Assembly: GCA_041496385.1 (NCBI GenBank)
Contig: JBGQEL010000025.1
Location: 1-45,579 of the forward strand
From: Candidatus Methylomirabilia bacterium
Lineage (GTDB): Bacteria > Methylomirabilota > Methylomirabilia > Rokubacteriales > CSP1-6
Direction: 5' to 3'
Length of the DNA stretch: 45,579 nucleotides
Within the stretch, counting starts at the first letter, position 1. Each line of letters opens with the position of its first letter. Shown piece after piece: positions 27,590 to 36,026 of this stretch. Made by a program: the position numbers and the translations under genes. The notes beneath the pieces are model-generated. The model was not told the DNA's origin. It did no database searches and was given only the letters and a program-made list of their open reading frames with translations.

Positions 27590-28480
27590 TTGGTCCTCGC
27601 CGAGCTCGTCCAGTACGTCGCCACCGGGCTGCTCGTCGGCGGCGTGTACGCGCTGATGAGCATCGGCCTCGCCCTCATCTTCGGCGTCATGCGCGTCGTG
27701 AACTTCGCGCAGGGCGACTTCATGATGCTGGGCATGTACCTGACGTTCTTCTACGCCGTGGCGGGTGGCATCGACCCGCTCGCGGGCGCGCTCCTGACGC
27801 TGCCGCCGTTCTTCGCGCTCGGCTGGATCGTGCACCGCCTCTTGCTCGCCCGCGTCACCGGCGGCGACCCCGGCCGCCAGCAAGACGCCCAGCTCGTCCT
27901 GACCCTCGGCCTCTCGCTCGTGATCACCAACGCCACGACGATGATCCTGACCCCGACCCCGCGGGGCATCCGGACGACCTACGCGACGCAGGCCTTCGCG
28001 CTCGGCCCGGTGCTGCTGAACCAGGCGCGTTCCTACGCCTTCGTGATGGCCCTGGTGCTCGCCGGGGTCGTCTATCTCTTCCTGACGCGCACCGACCTCG
28101 GCAAGGCGCTGCGCGCGGCCGCCGACGATCCCGAGGCGGCGAGCTACCAGGCGATCGACGTGCGCACGATGCACGGCCTCGCCTTCGGCGCCGGCATCGC
28201 GCTCGTGGCCGCGGCCGGCGGCCTGCTGGCGACCTACTACCCGATCGAGCCGAACGTCGCCGGCAACTTCATCGTGCTGATGTTCGTCGCCGTCGTCCTC
28301 GGCGGCCTCGGGTCCATTCCGGGCGCATTCGTCGGCGGCCTCGTCATCGGGCTCGTGCAGTCGCTCACGCTGCTGGTCCTGCCGTTCCAGCTCCAGAACA
28401 CCGGCGTCTTCGTCGCCTTCCTGCTCGTCCTCTACCTCCGGCCCCAAGGCCTCTTCGGCCGCCGCGCCCGCACGGTCTAG
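27590..28480 (+). CDS. livH: LivH-like permease (TTG start)
   Basis: GGVYALMSIGLALIFGVMRVVNFAQG, GKALRA, VLGGLGS. Confidence 0.9.
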   Translation: MVLAELVQYVATGLLVGGVYALMSIGLALIFGVMRVVNFAQGDFMMLGMYLTFFYAVAGGIDPLAGALLTLPPFFALGWIVHRLLLARVTGGDPGRQQDAQLVLTLGLSLVITNATTMILTPTPRGIRTTYATQAFALGPVLLNQARSYAFVMALVLAGVVYLFLTRTDLGKALRAAADDPEAASYQAIDVRTMHGLAFGAGIALVAAAGGLLATYYPIEPNVAGNFIVLMFVAVVLGGLGSIPGAFVGGLVIGLVQSLTLLVLPFQLQNTGVFVAFLLVLYLRPQGLFGRRARTV

Positions 28481-28484
28481 TGGT

Positions 28485-28880
28485 GGCGCCGGGCGTGGGC
28501 GGGAGGGGCCGACTGGACCACGCGGCACGCGTTCGCTGCCCCGCACGTCTGGGCTCCATCTAGGCGCGAAACGTCCGCTACCGCGTCGGCGGGAACGGGT
28601 CCTGTCAACCCTCCCCCACACGCCCGGCGCCCCCGCGATCGCCGCGCCCGCGGCGGGACCCTCGGGTGCATGCGAGCGCACGCGTGCCGCGTGGTCCCGC
28701 GGCCCCCGTCGCACGGCTCGCCTGTCGTGGGCCGCGGGGGCGTGCGACGGGGGTCAGCGGGACTCGTTCCCGTCGCGCGGCGACGGACGCGATGCGCCCG
28801 GATGGAGCCCAGCCACAGCGGAGCAGCGCACGCCCGCCGCGTGGTCCCGCGATCCCCGTCGCACGCCCCCGCGGGCCACG
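28485..28880. repeat. Cluster of structured palindromic repeats (two full inverted copies and one partial)
   Basis: Copy A 28485-28631 and copy C 28726-28880 each have ~35-bp terminal inverted arms around a shared ~88-nt core, in opposite orientation; partial copy at 28653-28715. Confidence 0.85.
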
Positions 28881-28922
28881 CCGCATGAACGCCGACGTGA
28901 TGTCACCGACGAGGCGGTAGGC

Positions 28923-30695
28923 GTGCAGTCGAGATCGCGGGGCTGGCTCGCGATCGGGGCCGTCGTCGCCGCCGGCCTCGTGGCGACATTCGCCATCCAG
29001 GAGCGCTATCACCACCGCGTCCTCACGCTGGTCTTCCTGTGGGCCTCGATGGGGCTCGCCTGGAACATCATCAGCGGCTACGCCGGCCAGATCTCGTTCG
29101 GGCACCAGGCGTTCTTCGGGATCGGCGCGTACGTCACGGTCCTGCTCGTCGTGAAGCTGGGGCTCACGCCGTGGCTCGGCATGGGCGTGGCCGTCGCGGT
29201 CGCGGTGCTCGCCGCCGTGCTCATCGGGCTGCCGACGTTCCGCCTGGCCGGCATCTACTTCGGCCTCGCCACGCTCGCCTACCCGCTGATCTTCCGCATC
29301 GTGATGGACTGGCTCGGCTACCAGGAGGTCGCCATCCCGATGAAGCGCGAGCACCAGGGCTGGTTCATGCAGTTCACCGAGCCGCGGAGCTTCGACCTCG
29401 TGGCGCTCGGCGTCCTGGCCGCCTCGCTCGCGCTGTCGCACGTGATCGAGACCTCGCGCCTGGGCTACTGGCTGCGCGCGATCCGCGAGAACGAGCAGGC
29501 GGCCGAGGCCATGGGCGTCGACAGCTTTCGCTGCAAGATGGTCGCCTACATGCTCAGCGCGGCGCCGGCGGCGGTGGTCGGCGCGGTGTACATCCACGCG
29601 ATCCTGTTCATCGTGACCCCCGAGGCCGTCTTCGGCCTGCTCGTGATCTCCCAGACCCTCGTGGTGTCTCTGGTGGGCGGGACGGGCACGCTCTGGGGGC
29701 CGCTGATCGGCGCCGCCCTCATGGTGCCGGTCAGCGAGATCCTCGACACGACCGTCGGCGATCGCCTGCCGGGCATCCAGGGCATCGTCTACGGCGCGGC
29801 CCTCATCTTCATCATGATGTTCGCGCCCGAGGGGCTCTACTGGTGGGTTCGCCAGGCCGTGCGCGGGCGCGGCGCCCGGGGCGGCGAAGCCGCGCGCGCG
29901 GCTCCCGTCGCCATGCCCGATGCGCCGGCGCACGTGGTCGACGCGACGGGGGCCGTGCTCCTCGACGTGCGCGGCGTCTCGAAGTCGTTCATCGGGCTCC
30001 AGGCGCTCTCCGATGTGAGCTTCGACGTGCGCGAGCGCGAGATTCTCGGCGTCATCGGGCCGAACGGCGCGGGGAAGACCACGCTCTTCAACGTGCTCAA
30101 CGGCTTCCTCGTCCCCGACCGGGGTGAGGTCCGGTTCGTCGGCGAGGTGGTGACCGGCCTCCGGCCGAGCGCGCTCTGCCGGCGCGGTGTCGGCCGCACG
30201 TTCCAGGTCGTCCGCACGTTTCCGCACCTGACCGTGCTCGAGAACGTCATGGTGGGCGCCTTCGCGCGCGAGCGCGCGGTGGAGAGGGCGCGCGCCAAGG
30301 CGCTCCTGACCCTCGGCCAGGTGGGGCTGGCCGACCGCGCCGCGGCGCTCCCGAGCGGCGTCACCACGCTCGAACTCAGGCTCATGGAGCTGGCGCGCTG
30401 CCTGGCCACGGCGCCGCGGCTCGTGCTGCTTGACGAGCCGCTGGCCGGACTCTCGTCCGACGGCGTCGAGGTCATGATCGCCATGATCCGCCGCGTGCGG
30501 GCCGCCGGCGTGACCGTCGTGATCATCGAGCACACGATGCAGGCGCTGCTCAAGCTCGCCGACCGGCTCGTCGTGCTCGATCAGGGGCGGCGCCTCGCCG
30601 AGGGCGCGCCCGGCCAGGTGACGCAGGACCGGGCGGTGATCGAGGCCTACCTGGGCAAGCGGTGGCTGGCCCGGACCGGAGCGCGTCCGTGCTGA
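28923..30695 (+). CDS. Fused LivM permease / LivG ATPase
   Basis: WNIISGYAGQISFGH, RAIRENE, then GPNGAGKT, RTFQ, LLDEP. Confidence 0.9.
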   Translation: MQSRSRGWLAIGAVVAAGLVATFAIQERYHHRVLTLVFLWASMGLAWNIISGYAGQISFGHQAFFGIGAYVTVLLVVKLGLTPWLGMGVAVAVAVLAAVLIGLPTFRLAGIYFGLATLAYPLIFRIVMDWLGYQEVAIPMKREHQGWFMQFTEPRSFDLVALGVLAASLALSHVIETSRLGYWLRAIRENEQAAEAMGVDSFRCKMVAYMLSAAPAAVVGAVYIHAILFIVTPEAVFGLLVISQTLVVSLVGGTGTLWGPLIGAALMVPVSEILDTTVGDRLPGIQGIVYGAALIFIMMFAPEGLYWWVRQAVRGRGARGGEAARAAPVAMPDAPAHVVDATGAVLLDVRGVSKSFIGLQALSDVSFDVREREILGVIGPNGAGKTTLFNVLNGFLVPDRGEVRFVGEVVTGLRPSALCRRGVGRTFQVVRTFPHLTVLENVMVGAFARERAVERARAKALLTLGQVGLADRAAALPSGVTTLELRLMELARCLATAPRLVLLDEPLAGLSSDGVEVMIAMIRRVRAAGVTVVIIEHTMQALLKLADRLVVLDQGRRLAEGAPGQVTQDRAVIEAYLGKRWLARTGARPC

Positions 30696-31396
30696 CGATC
30701 ACCTCGCTCGGCGTGTCGCACGGCGGGCTCCGGGCGCTCGTCGACGTCTCGCTCGAGGTCGGCGAGGGCGAGTTCGTGACGATCGTGGGCCCCAACGGCG
30801 CCGGCAAGACGACGCTGCTCAGGGCCATCTCGGGGACGGCGCCGTCGGAGGCCGGCAGTGTCGTCTATCGCGGGCGCGACCTCGGGCCCTTGCGCGCGAG
30901 CGAGCGGGCCGCGCTCGGGATCGCCCACGTGCCGGAGGGGCGCCGCGTGTTCCCCTCGCTGACGGTCATGGAGAATCTCGAGCTGGGATCGTACCGCCGC
31001 GGCGCCCGGCCGGACCGGGCCCGGTCGCTGGAGACGGTGCTGGAGCTGTTCCCGATTCTCCGCGAGCGCCGCCGGCAGGCGGCCGGCTCGCTCTCCGGCG
31101 GCGAGCAGCAGATGCTGGCCCTCGGGCGCGGCCTGATGGCGCAGCCCGACCTGCTCCTGCTCGACGAGCCGTCGCAGGGCCTGGGCCCGCGCATCGTCGA
31201 GCTGATCTTCGAGACGATCGACCGCATCCGGCGCGAGCGGCGGCTGACCATCCTCCTGGTCGAGCAGCGCGTGGTGGAAGCGCTCGAGCTGTGCGACCGC
31301 GGGTACGTCCTCGAGACCGGCCGCGTCGTGCTCGCCGGCCCCCGCGAGGCGCTCCTGGCCGACGCGCGGGTCCAGCGCGCCTACCTCGGCGCCTGA
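30689..31396 (+). CDS. livF: ABC ATPase (LivF-like)
   Basis: GPNGAGKT, VPEGRRVF, LSGGEQQM, LDEPS. Confidence 0.9.
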   Translation: MLTITSLGVSHGGLRALVDVSLEVGEGEFVTIVGPNGAGKTTLLRAISGTAPSEAGSVVYRGRDLGPLRASERAALGIAHVPEGRRVFPSLTVMENLELGSYRRGARPDRARSLETVLELFPILRERRRQAAGSLSGGEQQMLALGRGLMAQPDLLLLDEPSQGLGPRIVELIFETIDRIRRERRLTILLVEQRVVEALELCDRGYVLETGRVVLAGPREALLADARVQRAYLGA

Positions 31397-31409
31397 CGCC
31401 CTCCCCGCC

Positions 31410-32630
31410 CTAGCCCTCACCGCGCGCGCGCCGGGTCATCAGGCCGCGCCCGGCGAACACGAGCAGCGCCGCGGCGATCCACGCCAGGCCCGCGTCCATG
31501 ACAAACGCGCCCCGGAGGCTGATCGCGGCGAGCGCCCCGGTCACGAGCGGGCTCGTGGCGGTTCCGATCTGTACACCGAGCGCCAGCCAGCCGAAGGCCG
31601 CGCCGCGCGTCTCGGCGGGCACGATCATCCCGCCCAGCGAGTACGCGAGGGTGAGCGTTCCCCCCAGGCAGAGCGCGACCGCGGTGCGCAGGACCAGCAG
31701 GACGATCCAGTTCTCGGCGAGCGCCATCACGGCGCACAGGAGGCCGCCGGCGACGAACTCGGCGAGCAGGATCCGTCCCACGGGAACGGCCTGGGACAGG
31801 CGGGCGGCGAGACTCGCCGAGAGGGCGGCGCCGACGGCGGCCACCGAGATGATGAGGCCCGACGTCGCGGCGATCGCCTCGACGCCCGGCAGATGGGCGA
31901 CCGAGAGCGGGATCGCGAGCGCCAGGCCGCGGTCGATGAACTGCGTGACGAGGAGCAGCACCGTGACCAGCACGAAGTGCGGGACCTGCACGAACACGCG
32001 CAGGGGCGTCGCCCGCGACGTCCGCCGCGCCTCCCCCGGCTCGAGCGGCCGGGCCTCCTGGAAGAGGAAGATCAGCGCGATCAGCGCGAGCGCGCACATC
32101 CCCGCGGTGACGAAGAAGGCCGCGCGGGTCCCGAAGCGCGAGGCGACCAGGCCGCCGACGACCGGCCCGACGGCGACGCTGAGCAGCTGGGCGCCCTGCA
32201 CGCGGCCGATCGCCACCGACACGCGGTCGCGCGGCGCCGAGACGCTCGCCACGGCCATCGCCATCGGCGAGAACCCCGCGAACAGGCCCTGGAGCAGCCG
32301 CGCGACGAAGAGCTGCTTGACGGAGGTCACCAGGCCCATCGCCGCGATGATCACGGTGAACCCGGCGAGCGATCGGATGAGCATCAGCTTCCGCCCGAAG
32401 CGGTCGGCGAGGCGCCCGAAGAGCGGCGACAGGAGCCCCGACACGGCGGGCGTGACGGCCGAGAGCAGGCCGGACCAGAGCGCGATCCGGGCGGGGTCCG
32501 TCACGCCCAGCTCGCGGACATAGAGCGGAAGGAAGGGCGAGAAGAACTGGAATCCGACGAACGCGATGAAGACGCAGAGGGCGAGCGCCCAGACGTTCCG
32601 CTGCCAGTCCTCCGGCGCGGGCCGCGTCAG
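31410..32630 (-). CDS. MFS transporter (DHA1/MdtG-like); probable CTG start at 32630
   Basis: GRLADRFGRK motif A; the frame continues 42 codons upstream of the first GTG with WQRNVWAL..FLPLYVRELGV (TM1). Confidence 0.85.
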   Translation of the reverse strand: MTRPAPEDWQRNVWALALCVFIAFVGFQFFSPFLPLYVRELGVTDPARIALWSGLLSAVTPAVSGLLSPLFGRLADRFGRKLMLIRSLAGFTVIIAAMGLVTSVKQLFVARLLQGLFAGFSPMAMAVASVSAPRDRVSVAIGRVQGAQLLSVAVGPVVGGLVASRFGTRAAFFVTAGMCALALIALIFLFQEARPLEPGEARRTSRATPLRVFVQVPHFVLVTVLLLVTQFIDRGLALAIPLSVAHLPGVEAIAATSGLIISVAAVGAALSASLAARLSQAVPVGRILLAEFVAGGLLCAVMALAENWIVLLVLRTAVALCLGGTLTLAYSLGGMIVPAETRGAAFGWLALGVQIGTATSPLVTGALAAISLRGAFVMDAGLAWIAAALLVFAGRGLMTRRARGEG

Positions 32631-34288
32631 TCGCCCTTCTTCCGGTAGCCGTAGCGCGCTTCGAACATCGGCGCCACCAGATTGTCCGCGGGCACGTAGT
32701 CGTCCGTCAGCACGAACGGCGTGCGCGCCCGCGTCCGCATGTACACCCGCAGGCGCTCGGTGGGGATGACGTTGGAGACGGCCGGCTGGCCGCGCGCGTC
32801 GAGGAAGCGCTTGAAGTCCGCCATGTCGAGCGGCCGGGGCGAGGCGAGCACGATGGCGGTCTCGGTGCCGATCTCCGTCACGTCGTCGGTGTCGAGCGTG
32901 ATGAGGTGGACGTTGCCCTCGCCGAAGACGTCCTGCAGCGTCCGGATGTAGGTCGGCAGGAACTGCCCGGCCCCGACGTTGTCGATGACCAGGGCCATGA
33001 GCAGGCCGTCCTCGCGCAGGATGTGCTTCATGTGCCGGTCGAACTCCCGGGTCGTGAGGTGGTACGGGATCGACAGGTCGTTGAAGGCGTCGCCGACGAT
33101 GAAGTCGTACGTCTTGCGGCAGCTCATCACGTACGCGCGGCCGTCCGCGTTGAACGAGTTGACGCGCGTCCGGTCGATGCCGAGCTGCTCGCGCGCCACC
33201 GCCGTGACCCCGGGGTCGATCTCCACGACGTCGACGGTCATGTCCGGGTACTTCGCGTCGAGATAGCGCGGCAGGGTGTAGCCGCCGCCGCCGATGAACA
33301 GGAACTCGCGCCGCGCGCCCGCGCCGCCCCGGCGGCTCTCGCGCCAGGCCACGAGCTCCTCGTAGATGCGGAGATAGTCGTACGCCAGGTACAGCGGGTC
33401 GCTCATGTTCGTGTAGGAATGGATCAGGCGGTCGAGGTAGAGCGTCCGCACGGTCACGTAGTCCTTCGACCGGCTGTCCTGGTACCAGGGGTTGTCGTAG
33501 ACCCGGAGCGTGTAGTAGCTCGTCTCCTTGTAGAAGGTGTCGGGATCCAGGCGCTCGATGGTCAGGACGCCCTTGTCGTCGCGCGTGAGCGTGAGCGGGC
33601 GGGCGATGGCCACGCGCTCCACCCAGAGGAGACTCAGCGCGGCGCCCAGGAGCAGGACGCAGCCGGCGACGAGGCCCCGCCGCGCGGCCGCGCGCCGGGC
33701 GAGCAGCCGGCCGAAGATCGGGCCGCAGAGGACGAGGACCGCGCCGACCCCGTAGAGGATCGTGCGCGTGCCCATCGCCTCGATCAGGAAGAAGCCGGTC
33801 GCGAAGGTCCCGAGGATGCTGCCGAGCGTCGAGAAGGCGTAGATCTTGCCGACGACGTTACCCGTCCGCTCGAGATCCTTCACGGTCAGCCTGACGACGA
33901 CGGGCGAGATCATTCCGAGGATCAGCGCGGGGACGAAGAAGACGAACAGCGTGATGAGGAGGATGCGCGACATCAGCGAGACCCGGTGGATCAGCACGTC
34001 GGCGGCGCCGATCATGTCCGCCAGGGGCGCGATCGTGAGCGCGGCCAGGCCCGAGCAGAACAGCAGCCAGCCGAGCGTCGCGTAGCTGGGCCAGCGATCC
34101 CCGAGCTTGCCCCCGAGAAACGCGCCGAGGCTGATGCCCGCGAGCACCACGCCGATGATGCTCGTCCAGGTGTAGAGCGAGACCCCGACGTACGGGGCCA
34201 GGATGCGGCCGGCGACGAGCTCGATGACCAGCGTGCAGAAGCTCGCGACGAAGGCGACGGTGCTGGCCAGGAGGACGTCGCCTGTCAC
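32627..34288 (-). CDS. Fused membrane / spermidine-synthase-like SAM-dependent protein
   Basis: GTG overlapping the upstream stop; ELVAGRILAPYVG, YAFSTLGSILG, FIGGGGYTLP, VVEIDP, DAF, LTDDYVP. Confidence 0.88.
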   Translation of the reverse strand: MTGDVLLASTVAFVASFCTLVIELVAGRILAPYVGVSLYTWTSIIGVVLAGISLGAFLGGKLGDRWPSYATLGWLLFCSGLAALTIAPLADMIGAADVLIHRVSLMSRILLITLFVFFVPALILGMISPVVVRLTVKDLERTGNVVGKIYAFSTLGSILGTFATGFFLIEAMGTRTILYGVGAVLVLCGPIFGRLLARRAAARRGLVAGCVLLLGAALSLLWVERVAIARPLTLTRDDKGVLTIERLDPDTFYKETSYYTLRVYDNPWYQDSRSKDYVTVRTLYLDRLIHSYTNMSDPLYLAYDYLRIYEELVAWRESRRGGAGARREFLFIGGGGYTLPRYLDAKYPDMTVDVVEIDPGVTAVAREQLGIDRTRVNSFNADGRAYVMSCRKTYDFIVGDAFNDLSIPYHLTTREFDRHMKHILREDGLLMALVIDNVGAGQFLPTYIRTLQDVFGEGNVHLITLDTDDVTEIGTETAIVLASPRPLDMADFKRFLDARGQPAVSNVIPTERLRVYMRTRARTPFVLTDDYVPADNLVAPMFEARYGYRKKGD

Positions 34289-34788
34289 GAGCCGGCGGTG
34301 CCCTCGACGAGGAAGTTCCCGGCCTCGAATCGGACGGGCGGCGCCGACTCGTCGAAGGAGACCCCGGTCTCCCGCCCGAGCATGCGGCGGACCATCGCGA
34401 CGCCCTTGTCGCTCGAGACCAGGTGTTCTTCGGAATGGAATGTGATCGCGCCCTGGCCCACCTGGGCCTCGTAGTCGCCCGGAAACTTCTGATGCTCCGC
34501 CGGCGTCAGCTCCTCCCACAGCGTGGTGCCGCGGTGCGCGCAGCGGGCGTAGACCAGACCCGCACGGCCCTGCGCGTCGCGGAACAGGACCAGGTCTTCC
34601 CCCAGCACGCGGAGCGCCGACGGCGTGGCGGTCGCGTCACCGGCGAGGCCGACCGGATGCCAGTAGCGCCGGAGCAGCTCGCCCATCGGGGTGCCGGCGC
34701 CGACCTCGGTCAGCTCGCGGATGAAAGTGGGCCGCGGGCGCCCGTAGCCCGTGCCGGTGTCGCCGCCCCGCCGGTCAGTGACGCTCAT
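34285..34788 (-). pseudogene. Internally deleted Rieske non-heme oxygenase alpha subunit (phthalate 4,5-dioxygenase-like); still in frame
   Basis: GTPMGELLRRYWHP..CAHRG joins directly to C-terminal-type GDYEAQ..EHL.SSDKG; no second CxxH; only 167 aa. Confidence 0.7.
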
Positions 34789-34803
34789 GGCCGATCTCTC
34801 GGA

Positions 34804-35982
34804 TCAGAACCCGAGCGGATCGGTCGCGCGGACCCAGCGCCCCCCCTTGACCACGGCCAGGAACGAGGAGCTGGCGCCCTGGTGCTTGTCGGGTCCGAAG
34901 GTCGCCTCCGGCCCGTTGAAGATGTCCCGATAGCCCTTGATCGACTCCAGGCCCTTGACGAAGCTGTCGAGCGTCAGGTTCGGCCCCGCCTTCTCGAGCG
35001 CCACCACCGTCAGGTCGGCGGCGACGTGGCCGTAGACCGCGCCGATGTTCGGCTCGACCTTGAAGCGGTCCTTGTACTTGTCGAACCAGGCCTGGGCGAC
35101 CGGGCTCAGCGTGTCGCGGTAGGGCATGTCGGTCAGGCCCATCGCGTAGAGCCCCTCCGTCACCCCGCCCTGGGCGGCCGCGACGAAGAGATCGTACGTG
35201 GCCGCCGAGCCGAGGAAGTCCACGTCGGTCCAGCCGATCTTCCGCGCGGTCGCGTACGGCACGATCGAGTCGCGCACGATCGTCCCCAGCGCGACGAGGT
35301 CGCAGCCGGCCGCCTTGAGCTTGGTGATCTGGGCGGTGAAGTCCTGGTCGGTCGGCTTGTGCGTGACCGTCTCGACGACCCGGAGCTTCATCTTCTCGGC
35401 CTGGATGTGCACGCCGTCCAGCACTTCCTTGCCGAAGTCGGTGTCCTGGTACATCGCGCAGAGCGCCTTCTTGCCCTTCTTCGACACGAAGTAGTTGATC
35501 CCCGCCCGGATCTGGTCGACGTAGGTGGCGGCGCCGTAGAACTTCAGCCGGTGGAACGGCTCGAACATCGAGCGCGCCGCGGACAGCGGAAAGAGATTCG
35601 GCACGCCGGCGTCGAACTGGTCCTTGAAGAGCGCGTTGTTCATCGGGGTGCCGAGCCCCGCGACCATCGCGAAGATGCGGTCGCGGTTGATCAGTTTGTT
35701 GCCCGCCTGCACCGCCCGCGGCACCTGGTACTGCGTGTCCTCGACGATGATCTTGACCTTGCGGCCGTTGATGCCCGGTCCCGCGTTGACGTCGTCGAAC
35801 CGCATCCGCACGGCGTTCGACGACGACACGCCGTAGGTCGCGGCCGGTCCGGAGAGGTCCGTGTGCATGCCGAGCACGATCTCGGTCTTCGTGACGCCGC
35901 GCGTCTCCGCCATCTGCGCCGACGCCGCGCCGGCCAGCGCCACGGCGCCGAGCAGCACGCCCATTGTCAGCAAGGTCTTCAT
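34804..35982 (-). CDS. HAAT-type ABC substrate-binding protein
   Basis: AAGGAG RBS, signal peptide, GVT..EI.LG..TDLSGP, GINGRK. Confidence 0.9.
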   Translation of the reverse strand: MKTLLTMGVLLGAVALAGAASAQMAETRGVTKTEIVLGMHTDLSGPAATYGVSSSNAVRMRFDDVNAGPGINGRKVKIIVEDTQYQVPRAVQAGNKLINRDRIFAMVAGLGTPMNNALFKDQFDAGVPNLFPLSAARSMFEPFHRLKFYGAATYVDQIRAGINYFVSKKGKKALCAMYQDTDFGKEVLDGVHIQAEKMKLRVVETVTHKPTDQDFTAQITKLKAAGCDLVALGTIVRDSIVPYATARKIGWTDVDFLGSAATYDLFVAAAQGGVTEGLYAMGLTDMPYRDTLSPVAQAWFDKYKDRFKVEPNIGAVYGHVAADLTVVALEKAGPNLTLDSFVKGLESIKGYRDIFNGPEATFGPDKHQGASSSFLAVVKGGRWVRATDPLGF

Positions 35983-36026
35983 CCCCAGGCTCCTTTCATG
36001 GTTGGGCCTCACGCGTGAGGCCACCC

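Noticed and set aside
28485..28880. CRISPR array, hammerhead ribozyme or small CDSs in the livH-livM gap
   Set aside because: Copies are inverted with no regular spacers and no cas genes; GAAA is present in only one copy and CUGAUGA is absent; the ORFs are short and motif-free
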